64,000 nucleotides of DNA, from positions 1 to 64,000 of IMG/VR virus record IMGVR_UViG_3300045135_000898; one strand, 5' to 3'. Positions 24,532 to 34,045 of this stretch are shown here, in pieces. Under the pieces are notes generated by a model. That model was not told where the DNA came from and did not search any database. It worked only from the letters and a program-made list of their open reading frames with translations. Position 1 is the first letter of the stretch. Each line of letters opens with the position of its first letter. The position numbers were made by a program, and so were the translations under genes. This stretch comes from a virus.

Positions 24532-26253
24532 TTATTCTCCTAGTGCTTTTGCCATTAGCTTTTCAGCTTCCTTGGCACTTACTTTAAATTTCTTAACGAT
24601 CATTTTAACTGCATCTTCAGGACGTTTAGCATTTGCCATGATATCAGCAACTGCGTCCATTGATACTTTAGCTTCAGAAAGATCAGAAACAAGGTTCTTT
24701 AGAGTTTCAGATTTGTAACCAGCGTTTTCAGGCAACTTACCACGTTTAACTCCGTTGCGAACCTTCCATGCGTCTTTCCCATAGTCACGCATTTTTACAC
24801 CTTTCTTGGCTGCTTTCTTTTCAGCCTTGTCGATGTCAACCATATTGCGAGCGTGAGTCTTAGCGTGTTTAGGATCTTGCTTCTTGTGCTGATCCTGACG
24901 TTCTTTGGCTTTACGCGACATGTAGTCAGCGCCAGCTTTAGACTTAGGAATAGTGAAAGTAACTTCATCAATTTGTTCAACTGACTCATTCATTTCAGGA
25001 TCAAGCTTATCAGCTAGTTTATCAAAACGGTCCATGTAGTTAATCGAAGGATGACGTAAGTCGTAACCTTTTGCAGATAGCTCCATGTAAACGTCAGCAT
25101 CAATAAAGTTCCAATTAACTTTACCGCCTTTGTAGTTGCCTTTATCAGCTAAAGCTTTCTTCATTGACTTTTCAAATTCTTTATCAGAAAGAACATTACG
25201 AAGTTTCTTACCTTCTGAAAGCTCAGAAGATTCAAGAATAAGATCTTTAGGATCGACATTCATCTGACCTGTACCAACCTTAACCATAACTTTAGAACCC
25301 ATCATACCAACAACTGTTCCTTCGTCATCCTTTGCTAAAGCGTCATATTTTCTAACGTTCTTGATCTTAACAGAGTCACCTTTGTTAAATTTGGCTTCTA
25401 CAACTACTTCAACGCCTTCTTTAAGATCTACATTGCCTGTGCTAGTATAGAAGAACTTATCTCCAACCATACCATACACGTTACCACGTTTAGTATCAAT
25501 AGCAACTTCATCGCCAGCTTTAAGATCAACGGTTGCAGTTTTACCTTTACGTGTAAAGTTCTTCAATACCGGAACATAGCCGTTATCTGTATCGAAACTA
25601 TTGCCACGAACTGGCATAACTTTAGCTGTAACTTTTTGAGCAGAAGCAATCTTAGCAACTTCACCTGAGAAATCTTTGATAGCATCTTTAGCATCAAATT
25701 TCATAAATTCTTCTAACTGTTCAACTTCTTCGTTTATTTTCTCAACAGCTTTCTTGTAGTCAAGTTTTGGTTTAGAGTAATAAGCAACTTCTTTACCGTT
25801 CTCTTTAACTTTGATACCAACACCGTCGTTGACGATTTCGTAATCACCGTATTTGTATGAAGTGTAACCAGCTTTCTTAGAAACCTTACATTCGATGCCA
25901 GCTTTTTTCAGAGCACGTGGCATAATGTTGTCGACGTAATCGCGAGTAGAAGCTTCAGTTAATTCAACTGATTCTTTTTTCATTGACTTTTTAATCGCTT
26001 TACGACGATTGGCAAGGTACTCATCAGAGTCATCTACGTCGCCATCGTTATCAACATCGGCATCAGCCTTTCCTACAGGATCAAGAGCTTCCTTTTTACC
26101 TTTACGACCACACGCTTCTTCAACGTCGTCTTTCTTTTCGTCTTCAGCCTGATCACCGCCAACAGGCTTTGCCGCTGGATCTTCCGCTTCGGCCTTCATT
26201 TTCATTTTCTTGTATGCTTCAGCAATACCGTTTAGTTTATCGTCAATAAACAT
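24532..26253 (-). CDS. Large modular Lys/Glu-rich virion (internal head) protein
   Basis: LDPVGK-x-DADVDNDGDVD-x-SDEYL-x-NRRKAI module; blocks separated by E-rich linkers. Confidence 0.7.
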   Translation of the reverse strand: MFIDDKLNGIAEAYKKMKMKAEAEDPAAKPVGGDQAEDEKKDDVEEACGRKGKKEALDPVGKADADVDNDGDVDDSDEYLANRRKAIKKSMKKESVELTEASTRDYVDNIMPRALKKAGIECKVSKKAGYTSYKYGDYEIVNDGVGIKVKENGKEVAYYSKPKLDYKKAVEKINEEVEQLEEFMKFDAKDAIKDFSGEVAKIASAQKVTAKVMPVRGNSFDTDNGYVPVLKNFTRKGKTATVDLKAGDEVAIDTKRGNVYGMVGDKFFYTSTGNVDLKEGVEVVVEAKFNKGDSVKIKNVRKYDALAKDDEGTVVGMMGSKVMVKVGTGQMNVDPKDLILESSELSEGKKLRNVLSDKEFEKSMKKALADKGNYKGGKVNWNFIDADVYMELSAKGYDLRHPSINYMDRFDKLADKLDPEMNESVEQIDEVTFTIPKSKAGADYMSRKAKERQDQHKKQDPKHAKTHARNMVDIDKAEKKAAKKGVKMRDYGKDAWKVRNGVKRGKLPENAGYKSETLKNLVSDLSEAKVSMDAVADIMANAKRPEDAVKMIVKKFKVSAKEAEKLMAKALGE

Positions 26254-26263
26254 GTTTTTACCC

Positions 26264-26530
26264 CTAGTGTAAAATGATTAAAGCTGCAATAATACCGACT
26301 ACGCCGGCGGCCAAAGCAGCACTGATGTATTTATGAGAATTGGCAAATGTCTTAAGGTTACCTAGTGCTTCCTCAAGATCTTTGATTCGGTTACTATGTT
26401 CTGTGGTTTTATCATCAAGATAATCAATACGACGTTCAGCTTCTCGGATAGACTCGATTACTTCACTGATTTTGTCGATTTTCTTTTCAATACGATCAAG
26501 AATAAGATCTATATTATCGCTATTAGACAT
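26264..26530 (-). CDS. Coiled-coil protein with C-terminal TM helix
   Basis: ORF track; hydrophobic tail AALAAGVVGIIAALII. Confidence 0.65.
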   Translation of the reverse strand: MSNSDNIDLILDRIEKKIDKISEVIESIREAERRIDYLDDKTTEHSNRIKDLEEALGNLKTFANSHKYISAALAAGVVGIIAALIILH

Positions 26531-27377
26531 CTTCTGTCACCGTGTCCTTTCCATCGAGAGATTCAACGTCGTCAAGCCACTTACGGATTTTCTTACCTTC
26601 TTGTGTCTCAACAATTAAGTAGTTCGCGCCACGTGATACAATAGTGGCAAGTTCACCGCTTTCTGAAATAACAACGTGTTCGTCTTTTTCAAACAAATCG
26701 CCAGCAACGTATGCTTCTCGCGTTTCTGATACAGATTCAAACTGTACATGCTCTCGGAACGAACGTGATTCTTTAAGACCCATTGCTTTACGAAGATCGT
26801 TAAACAATTGTTGGCCTTCTTTGAATCCACTTGGTAAACCTTTATTAAATGAAAGTAGATCATTGGCAGCTGCAGCAGCTCGCATTTTAGATGCTGACAT
26901 ACCAGATACATCATCAGCGTCAGGATCGCGCTCACCTGCCGATACAATTACAACGCCGTTTTCAAAATTGTAAAAACCGTGACGACCTTCTACACCGTTA
27001 TATTTGTTACATAGCGCGTCAAACTCATGGACACGGTCTGAGCCAACAACCATTTGAACTTCGGTGTAACCTTTCTTGTATAACTGTACTAGGATATCGA
27101 ATACCATGCGTACTTTTTTGTCAAGGATAATCTTACGAGCATGGCGCGGAAACATCTTGCGCATGTACTTGACTTTTGTTTGGTAATCGAAAGGATTCTT
27201 TTTAGCATCATTAGACTGAGATGCGTAAATGAAGTAGTCACCACCACGAGCTTCGTTTGCTACTTTATCGAGTAGCTTTTCGTGGCCTACTGTTGGAGGA
27301 TTAAATCGACCAAATGTAAAGGTAGCTTTTTTACCTTTTTCTTCGGTCAAGAATTGGGAAAAAGACTTAATGCTCAT
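26523..27377 (-). CDS. Cytidylyltransferase-like (HxGH-superfamily) nucleotidyltransferase with CTS-like N-terminus
   Basis: FGRFNPPTVGH, VVGSDR, SAG-x-RDPD, MSASKMR; N-terminus MSIKSFSQFLTEE. Confidence 0.85.
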   Translation of the reverse strand: MSIKSFSQFLTEEKGKKATFTFGRFNPPTVGHEKLLDKVANEARGGDYFIYASQSNDAKKNPFDYQTKVKYMRKMFPRHARKIILDKKVRMVFDILVQLYKKGYTEVQMVVGSDRVHEFDALCNKYNGVEGRHGFYNFENGVVIVSAGERDPDADDVSGMSASKMRAAAAANDLLSFNKGLPSGFKEGQQLFNDLRKAMGLKESRSFREHVQFESVSETREAYVAGDLFEKDEHVVISESGELATIVSRGANYLIVETQEGKKIRKWLDDVESLDGKDTVTEDV

Positions 27378-27769
27378 TACTTATCACTGCCTCCGCCACG
27401 TTTCTTAGCAAGTTCTTGCTTTTTAACTTGTGGCAGTAGTTTACGAGCGATGCGATCGATTGCACCTTTCTTTTTATCAACTTGTTTTTCTAGGTTTTGG
27501 CGACCAGAGAATGATAGCTCGCTCTTGTCTTTACCTTTTAGCAGTTTCTTTTCTAATGAATCACGAGCTTGTTTACGAGCACGCTTTTTAAGCTTTTCTG
27601 GTGAAGCAATTCGTTTTTCAGCCTTCTTGCGTCCCATAGCAATCTTTGCTTTGTTCTTACGCATAGTTGCTTTAGCTTTCATGCGTTGCTGAAGTGTCAT
27701 TGCTTCGTCGAGATCTGCGTCTTCGACCAAATCATCACAAATCTCTAAATATTCTTTTAATGATAGCAT
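27377..27769 (-). CDS. Highly basic putative head protein
   Basis: MLSLKEYLE...LDEA then a K/R-rich body. Confidence 0.7.
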   Translation of the reverse strand: MLSLKEYLEICDDLVEDADLDEAMTLQQRMKAKATMRKNKAKIAMGRKKAEKRIASPEKLKKRARKQARDSLEKKLLKGKDKSELSFSGRQNLEKQVDKKKGAIDRIARKLLPQVKKQELAKKRGGGSDK

Positions 27770-27803
27770 TTCTTATTTCCCATTCGGATGCTGACCTACA
27801 AAA

Positions 27804-29042
27804 TTAGGCTCGAGACGGCGTGTCCCAGCCTTTCACAATTTCAGGACTGAAGTTATTAAAGCTAAACTCCATTCGGTCAACCAGTTTAACGGCGCCGCCT
27901 TTCATATGGTCGATAGCCACGAACCCTTCGGCTCCTGTTACCTTGTAACCATTTTTAGTTTTTACAAAAGTATTTATACTATTTAATTTATTAAGTTTAC
28001 GTATGATTATTAACTTAGCGTCAACAATTGCTTTTTGCAAATCAAACACAAGCTTTAAGTTAGCCTTATTTGATTCATCGAAAAACTTAAGGAATTCGTC
28101 ACGTTTAGCCGATTGAGCAGACTTGCCTTTCTCAGTTTTACGTTTATCAATTTCCTTTTGATATTTATCATGGATAAACTTCATCAGTCCGTCCACGTGC
28201 TTGCGAGTATCCTTAATGGTTTCGCCTTTACGAACAAATGAGTTATTAAAGGTTTCAATAGTTCGAGCAAGATCTTGGTTGGCTTCAATCTGCTTAAGAG
28301 TTGTACCACTAATCTTGCGGAAGATACGACCTGCATTTGAAAGAGCAGCAGTAACTTCATCAGTATCTTTCTTTGTAAATGTTACAGTACCGGACAAGTC
28401 GTGTAGACCTGCGTCAACAATCCAAGATGATGTTTTCTTGAACTTAGACGCGTCAACACCGTAACTTGCTTTCATTTCTTCAAAAGAAGCTCCGCTGTAA
28501 GAGGTGTGGAATACCACGCCAATTGGTGCTTTGGCGATACGTTTACCTTCTTCTGAGTCTTTTGGGACTGCGTACAAAATCGTGTTCGGATGAAATGTAA
28601 CATATGATTCACCTTCGATTTTTTCTGTTTTAAGGTCATCGTTTGTGAACATAATATCGCCTTGAACGACACCCTTAATGCCAAGTTTTGATAACTCAGC
28701 AAGAGCAACCTTCATTTTGTTATTAAGTTCTCCATTTGCAATATCTTCGTCGATATCTGCATTCGTTTTATACACCTTAGGGTTCTTATTAAAGATACCT
28801 TTTTTGGCTACAAAGAATTTACCGTCGCTTGGATCAATACCAGCAAATACGGCAGGAGCGCCATCCCACTTCACAGTCACGTCCGTAGCACCTTTCGAGG
28901 AACCGGCTAGCATGTCACGAAGCGACCTGAGAGCAAGGATGGCGTCCCTTGCACCTTTTACACCGCCATAGATCACCTGATCTTCAAGGTGAGTCATGTG
29001 AGTATTCTTTTCTTCAGTAATAAACGACTTAAAATCAATCAT
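27804..29042 (-). CDS. Conserved T4-like virion protein (KWDGAPA family)
   Basis: MIDFKSFITEE, NTHMTHLED, TVKWDGAPA, QGD, EGFVA, KLVDR-x-EFS; KxDG...EG...K pattern recalls ligase-type nucleotidyltransferases. Confidence 0.75.
   Translation of the reverse strand: MIDFKSFITEEKNTHMTHLEDQVIYGGVKGARDAILALRSLRDMLAGSSKGATDVTVKWDGAPAVFAGIDPSDGKFFVAKKGIFNKNPKVYKTNADIDEDIANGELNNKMKVALAELSKLGIKGVVQGDIMFTNDDLKTEKIEGESYVTFHPNTILYAVPKDSEEGKRIAKAPIGVVFHTSYSGASFEEMKASYGVDASKFKKTSSWIVDAGLHDLSGTVTFTKKDTDEVTAALSNAGRIFRKISGTTLKQIEANQDLARTIETFNNSFVRKGETIKDTRKHVDGLMKFIHDKYQKEIDKRKTEKGKSAQSAKRDEFLKFFDESNKANLKLVFDLQKAIVDAKLIIIRKLNKLNSINTFVKTKNGYKVTGAEGFVAIDHMKGGAVKLVDRMEFSFNNFSPEIVKGWDTPSRA
27971..27978 (-). promoter_or_regulatory. 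Late promoter TATAAATA (intragenic)
   Basis: Exact octamer about 200 nt upstream of the 27769 start. Confidence 0.45.
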
Positions 29043-29043
29043 C

Positions 29044-30333
29044 TTAATGAGCCTTTAAATATGGACCGGACATTTCAGATTCAGAAGCGGCATAGCCTAG
29101 AATCGCTGAAACGATATCTCGTTTCTTGTCGTCATTCTGTTTTAGGAAATGATATAGGAATTGAGATCCCATAATCATTGAAGTAAAGAATGTATCGTCT
29201 TTCTGAGATAATTGCTGAACAAACTCTTCTTGAGACATGTTCTTGCCTTCGATGTAATTATGGAATGTCAAGAATTTCTTAACGTTTGCTTCAGTTCGCT
29301 GAGCAAGTTCTTTTTGTGGAATAAAATCAATGCCAGTGTGGCGTTTCATAATTGACGCAATTGGACCGCCTGAAATTTTACCTTGGTTTGCAAACTGACC
29401 TTTGATTTCGCCTTGCCAAGTTGAACCAAACGTGCGGAACTGGATTTCGCCACCATCGTAACGGATGTAAATATCGTTAGAAAGGAAAAAGCCTTTCTTA
29501 CCTGAAGTCCAACCGGTGTACTCGTATGACTTACGCGATTTATCAATGTTCTTAGGATCAAGACGTGCTGTACGACCAACCTTCTTAAGAGATACGCCAA
29601 TGATATCGCCTGACATATACGCATCAAGCATCATGCCGTTCAATTCAACAAGAGTGCTTGCCTGGGTTAGGTCGATGTTTTCTCCTTTAGCCGTAACCAT
29701 GTAAATGTCAGCAGGAGACCACTTATTCAAGTTAGAGAATTCCTTCTCCACTTTGTTTAGTTTCTTCCAATGATTTTCAAGACGGTCTACCCAACGTGAT
29801 CCGCGGTGGAATTTGTAACGCTTGGTACGGAATTTATTTTCAATGGCATCAGCGATGACGATACTTGAATTACGCCAATCTTCTGGAAGATCGTTAATAA
29901 TGCGATCAAGTTTATCATCAATATCGAAGTACTTGGTAACTTTACGGAATGTAGAAGCAGTGTAATCGCCTTTACCGTACCACGCTGCAGCGAGGTAAAC
30001 ACATTGAGCACATTCAGCCATTTTGGTAACATCAGCGCCAGCACCAGAGCCGCCTTTACCTTTTGGATGTTTTACTTCAATCTTCCAACCATCTTTGGTC
30101 TCAACACGACCAACTGATGAACTGCCACCTTTAGGATTATATTTAGCATCAAGCTTTTTAGCAATATCTTTTAAAGCTGCTTCACGGTCGCCTTTTACTT
30201 CAACGGTGATTTGTTTGCCTTTTACTCCGCGGATATCTTTATAACCCGCTTCCTTTAGACGAGTTTGCAAATCGTCCTTGCTCATCGCTTCCTTAAGAAA
30301 CGTTCTAAATAAAATTCCTACCGGTGCTACCAT
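29044..30333 (-). CDS. Putative restriction-endonuclease-fold protein with CTS-like N-terminus
   Basis: KW-x-PADIY...IGVSLKK PD-(D/E)xK-like core; FRTFLKEA N-terminus. Confidence 0.6.
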   Translation of the reverse strand: MVAPVGILFRTFLKEAMSKDDLQTRLKEAGYKDIRGVKGKQITVEVKGDREAALKDIAKKLDAKYNPKGGSSSVGRVETKDGWKIEVKHPKGKGGSGAGADVTKMAECAQCVYLAAAWYGKGDYTASTFRKVTKYFDIDDKLDRIINDLPEDWRNSSIVIADAIENKFRTKRYKFHRGSRWVDRLENHWKKLNKVEKEFSNLNKWSPADIYMVTAKGENIDLTQASTLVELNGMMLDAYMSGDIIGVSLKKVGRTARLDPKNIDKSRKSYEYTGWTSGKKGFFLSNDIYIRYDGGEIQFRTFGSTWQGEIKGQFANQGKISGGPIASIMKRHTGIDFIPQKELAQRTEANVKKFLTFHNYIEGKNMSQEEFVQQLSQKDDTFFTSMIMGSQFLYHFLKQNDDKKRDIVSAILGYAASESEMSGPYLKAH

Positions 30334-30364
30334 TGTTCTAATCCGTTTAATTTAAAATTAATTA

Positions 30365-30372
30365 TATTTATA
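30365..30372 (-). promoter_or_regulatory. Late promoter TATAAATA heading the internal-protein operon
   Basis: Exact octamer upstream of 30333, just downstream of a terminator. Confidence 0.8.
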
Positions 30373-30374
30373 AC

Positions 30375-30397
30375 AAAAAAGCCCCTATGAAAGGGGC
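30375..30397 (-). terminator. Rho-independent terminator
   Basis: GCCCCT TTCAT AGGGGC TTTTTT on the minus strand. Confidence 0.8.
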
Positions 30398-30412
30398 GAA
30401 GAGGCTTGGAGA

Positions 30413-30694
30413 TTAAGAACGGTTGTAGACATAAACATCGATCTTGGTGGCATTTGCGATACCTCCTACGATGTTTCCTGCCCAATCATATGATAGTTTG
30501 GACATCTTACCAGTGTAAGGATTGTACTTATCCATTTTAACAAGAGGTTTACGGCCACGAAGAACAACTCGTTTCTTTACGCTTTTACCTTTATTCATAA
30601 TTGATACCGCTTTACGAAGTTCTTCAATCTGAAGCATATCAGAAGCAGAGTTGATGTCAGCAGTAAAGATGTAAGAAGTAGATGTACGTTTCAT
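30413..30694 (-). CDS. Hypothetical early protein
   Basis: ORF track; RBS and promoter upstream. Confidence 0.7.
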   Translation of the reverse strand: MKRTSTSYIFTADINSASDMLQIEELRKAVSIMNKGKSVKKRVVLRGRKPLVKMDKYNPYTGKMSKLSYDWAGNIVGGIANATKIDVYVYNRS

Positions 30695-30725
30695 AATATA
30701 GTTTCCTTCAATTGATTATGGTTCT

Positions 30726-30756
30726 ATTATACCAAATTTTCGAAAGATGTAAATAG
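30726..30756 (-). promoter_or_regulatory. Promoter, CTATTTACA class
   Basis: CTATTTACA-N16-TATAAT. Confidence 0.65.
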
Positions 30757-30759
30757 TTT

Positions 30760-30942
30760 TTACCAAGATCTTTTAGAATTGTTTGATCTAATACGCATAT
30801 CTGATATAACGATAGGAATTAAAAATACAGCAAAAATAGCTGGGAATACGATCCAAGGAGGAGCAACTCCATCAACAATTCTGAAGTAAACTGCGGTTGC
30901 AACAATCATAAGTGATAAGATTAATACTGTAATGTTATTCAT
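30760..30942 (-). CDS. Small two-TM membrane protein
   Basis: ORF track; two hydrophobic segments. Confidence 0.55.
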   Translation of the reverse strand: MNNITVLILSLMIVATAVYFRIVDGVAPPWIVFPAIFAVFLIPIVISDMRIRSNNSKRSW

Positions 30943-31150
30943 TTTTACCTTCCTCACGGAGTTTCATAATTAAGTCAGTGTAGCTTTCTTCGGTTAAGAT
31001 GTTATGTCGTTCAAGCAAATTTAGAGTATTCGTTGACCCTGTTACAACACCTTGGTTATGTCCGAAGAAAAATCCTTTGCGATACATACTTACCATTGAT
31101 GCAATCCACACTAGTCCTAGAGTTCCTAGCATCCAATAATTAAGAGTCAT
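30935..31150 (-). CDS. Small membrane-anchored protein
   Basis: ORF track; N-terminal TM helix. Confidence 0.6.
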   Translation of the reverse strand: MTLNYWMLGTLGLVWIASMVSMYRKGFFFGHNQGVVTGSTNTLNLLERHNILTEESYTDLIMKLREEGKNE

Positions 31151-31556
31151 TTCTAAATTCCTTATATAACGATTCTTCTAAACCGTAAGCTTCAATCTCC
31201 CACGGCTGCTTTTCATACTTATGTTTGGAAATACGGCCTTTCCAAAGCATTTGCCAACTGCCGCGTTTAGTAAGTACATCTTTAAGGTGGCCTCGGACGT
31301 ACTGTCGAACGTGAACCATTTCATGAAGGACTGTTCCAACCATTTCCTTATCAGTCATCTTAGAATTAAGAGTGATTACGAAATGACGTGGTCCAAGACG
31401 TTCGCAGTAGCCGTACTCATCAAGCTCCATTGGGTACGATTCTACCTCAATGAATAAAGTACTCGTCCGTGGCATCAGACGGGAAATAGCCCAACGAACT
31501 ACCTTTTCAGGGTCCGTTGGGAATTTACGAGTTGAATCGACTGTAACCAAATTCAT
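31140..31556 (-). CDS. HExxH zinc metallopeptidase-like protein
   Basis: VLHEMVHVRQY...QPWEIEA. Confidence 0.8.
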   Translation of the reverse strand: MNLVTVDSTRKFPTDPEKVVRWAISRLMPRTSTLFIEVESYPMELDEYGYCERLGPRHFVITLNSKMTDKEMVGTVLHEMVHVRQYVRGHLKDVLTKRGSWQMLWKGRISKHKYEKQPWEIEAYGLEESLYKEFRNDS

Positions 31557-31580
31557 ACCATTTCTCCATTTGATATAGCG

Positions 31581-31610
31581 ATTATACTATAGAAAAACAG
31601 AAATGTAAAT
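31581..31610 (-). promoter_or_regulatory. Promoter
   Basis: ATTTACA-N17-TATAAT-CGCTATATCAAAT. Confidence 0.7.
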
Positions 31611-31658
31611 GGTTTTTACCATTAAATTTTTTAATAATAACAGTCTACAGTATAAATT

Positions 31659-32336
31659 TTATTTATCAGATACTACCTGACTGGCATATGGGAAAATAGC
31701 CAAAATAGCCTCCGCTACAGCCTTAGCGACCTCGCGATGCTCCTTTTGAGTCTCTGGACCAGTTCGAAGCTCGATAAAGTGAATCCAGCTGCGTATAGAG
31801 CCTTGCATGTACATTCGCGATGGTGTTAGACCTTCGGGTAGCAGAGCTCGACGCTGTTCCTTGGCGATACCAAGATTTGCCGCATTTGTGTATTCCTTTT
31901 TAACGAAACCAGCAACTCGCTGTTGGATTCTAAACCATTCTTCGTTAATTTTTTCGTCTTCTGTTGCATTTGAATTTTGACGGTTTTTATCGTCTTGAAG
32001 TCGAGCTTCACGGAACTCAAATTCAAATCCATCTTCCAATGGATCAGCATAACGCTGACTATATTCTTGGAAAGCAAACGATCGATGTCGAAGGATCTGA
32101 CGAGCAATATCACGCGTCGTTTCAATCTCAATCGTAGCAGTAGCCATTTCAAATGGTGACCAATGCTTATGTTTAATCAAGTAATTAAGAAGACGTTCTG
32201 TCGTCTCCATATTCATTTGGTTAGAAGGATTTGAAACACGGGCACAGTACGAAATAAGGTCTTGTACGTTCTCCATGTTCAGTTCTTCTTTAGCGCCTTC
32301 AGCGGGCTGAGTGTAACCAATTAGTCGTGCTTTCAT
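31659..32336 (-). CDS. thyX: Flavin-dependent thymidylate synthase
   Basis: HWSPFE, RHRSFAFQEYSQRY (RHRx7S), R-x-LLP, TQKEHR. Confidence 0.95.
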   Translation of the reverse strand: MKARLIGYTQPAEGAKEELNMENVQDLISYCARVSNPSNQMNMETTERLLNYLIKHKHWSPFEMATATIEIETTRDIARQILRHRSFAFQEYSQRYADPLEDGFEFEFREARLQDDKNRQNSNATEDEKINEEWFRIQQRVAGFVKKEYTNAANLGIAKEQRRALLPEGLTPSRMYMQGSIRSWIHFIELRTGPETQKEHREVAKAVAEAILAIFPYASQVVSDK

Positions 32337-32342
32337 TTTGCC

Positions 32343-33752
32343 TCACATTTTAAAATTTGAAAAATCTTTCCTATCACGTTCACCGAAACTATTTATCGGT
32401 CCATTATCGGCTGGTGCCGCTGCAGCATTACCACCGCTAATTAAAGTTTGAGCTGATGCTTCAACATCATACAGTTTCATCTTAGCACGATCAACTCCGA
32501 TGACGAACCTTTTGTTATGACCTGGGTCGTTATAACGATTTTTTAACTGCTTGACCATAATTTGACCAAGGTTTTCTAGTTCTTCATTTGAAATAAGTGC
32601 GAACATAAAGTCAGCTGTCGCTGGTAGACCGAAGGATTCAGAAGTATCCTCGAGGCCAACATCTGTATTTCCATAACCTGAACGAGTGGTCTGAGTTGCG
32701 CTGACAATAGGTACATCATATTCGACTGCAAGTCCACGAATTTCCTCCGCAATAGATTTAATCAATGAATATGTATTCACCGAACCACCAAGACCTTTCA
32801 TACGAGATGACGAACAAATGTTTAGGTAATCGATGAAGATAATATCTGGTTCAAACTTTTTCTTAAGTTTGATTTCATTAAGCAATGCTCTGAAATGACC
32901 AACATGGGCTGCACCTGTAGGATATTCCTTAATGATTAATTTACCATTTGTTTTGGCTGCAACTTTAGCAACCTTAGATTCAAACATATCTTTTGATAAC
33001 GTCTGAAGTTGGTCAATTGGAGTATTGAACAAGTTAGCATCGATACGTTCTGCGATACGTTCTTCAGCCATTTCCATTGTAATGTAAAGAACATTCTTAC
33101 CTTGCGATAAAGCAGAACCTGCCATATGACACATGAATAACGATTTACCTACACCTGTACCTGCCAATGCAATGTTAAGTGTTTTATTTGGTAAGCCACC
33201 TTTTGTGATATCGTTAAACAGTTCAAGATCGAATGGCATACGAGATTCATCACGGTGGTAGAACTCATAACGGCCATCAGCATTTTCAATATAATCGTGG
33301 CCAACGTTAGTATCAAAGGTTACTGATAATGCTTTTGTAAGTAAGTCAGGTAACGCGTTCTTCGACAAAGATTCATGGTTTCCATCAATGATGTTAATAG
33401 ATTCCATGATTGCTAAGTAGATTGCACGATCCTGACACCACTTTTCGGTGTGTTCCATTAACCATTCAAGGTTTGTGTCATCAGGTTTAGAGATTTCGCC
33501 AATCACGACGGCAGCATCGGAAAACTGCTCGTCTGTAATATTGGTGTCTTGCATTTCAATTGATAGCGCCTCAGCGTTGGGAAGCTTGTTATACTTCCCA
33601 ACGAACGCAACGATCTGATCAAATACAGCACGGTGAATACCTTCAAAGTAATCCTTTTTAAGGAAAGGAATTACCTTGCGAGTAAACTGCTCATTATTTA
33701 GCAGGTTCCTCAGTATCGTTGTCTGTAGTGTCGGAGTCGTCATCATTACCAC
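32343..33752 (-). CDS. 41: Replicative DNA helicase
   Basis: AGTGVGKS, ITMEMAEERI, IIKEYPT, IDYL, SATQTTR, SESFGLPATAD, LKNRY. Confidence 0.96.
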   Translation of the reverse strand: MVMMTTPTLQTTILRNLLNNEQFTRKVIPFLKKDYFEGIHRAVFDQIVAFVGKYNKLPNAEALSIEMQDTNITDEQFSDAAVVIGEISKPDDTNLEWLMEHTEKWCQDRAIYLAIMESINIIDGNHESLSKNALPDLLTKALSVTFDTNVGHDYIENADGRYEFYHRDESRMPFDLELFNDITKGGLPNKTLNIALAGTGVGKSLFMCHMAGSALSQGKNVLYITMEMAEERIAERIDANLFNTPIDQLQTLSKDMFESKVAKVAAKTNGKLIIKEYPTGAAHVGHFRALLNEIKLKKKFEPDIIFIDYLNICSSSRMKGLGGSVNTYSLIKSIAEEIRGLAVEYDVPIVSATQTTRSGYGNTDVGLEDTSESFGLPATADFMFALISNEELENLGQIMVKQLKNRYNDPGHNKRFVIGVDRAKMKLYDVEASAQTLISGGNAAAAPADNGPINSFGERDRKDFSNFKM

Positions 33753-34044
33753 CTATTCTATAATTTCCTGAATTAAGATTATCTTCAATAATAAACTGAA
33801 GTATCCGTCCAATGTATTCTTGGAATTCATCATCTTCAATTAAAGCATCATCGCCTTCAACGAGCTGCCACGTAAACATAAGGCGAGCAGTTTCTTCGTA
33901 ATCTTCTTCATCAACCTTAATACGAACATTTCCATACTGATACTTAACGTCCTTATACGGATCTTCAAGAATCTGAACCGTATAGAACGTATCATCAGCA
34001 CGTTCAACTAGCTTGAACGTATCATCGGTAATATTATACTCCAT
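33694..34044 (-). CDS. Acidic hypothetical protein at the T4 gene 40 position
   Basis: Lies between uvsX and 41; AGGAG RBS before MEYN. Confidence 0.65.
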   Translation of the reverse strand: MEYNITDDTFKLVERADDTFYTVQILEDPYKDVKYQYGNVRIKVDEEDYEETARLMFTWQLVEGDDALIEDDEFQEYIGRILQFIIEDNLNSGNYRIGGNDDDSDTTDNDTEEPAK

Positions 34045-34045
34045 T

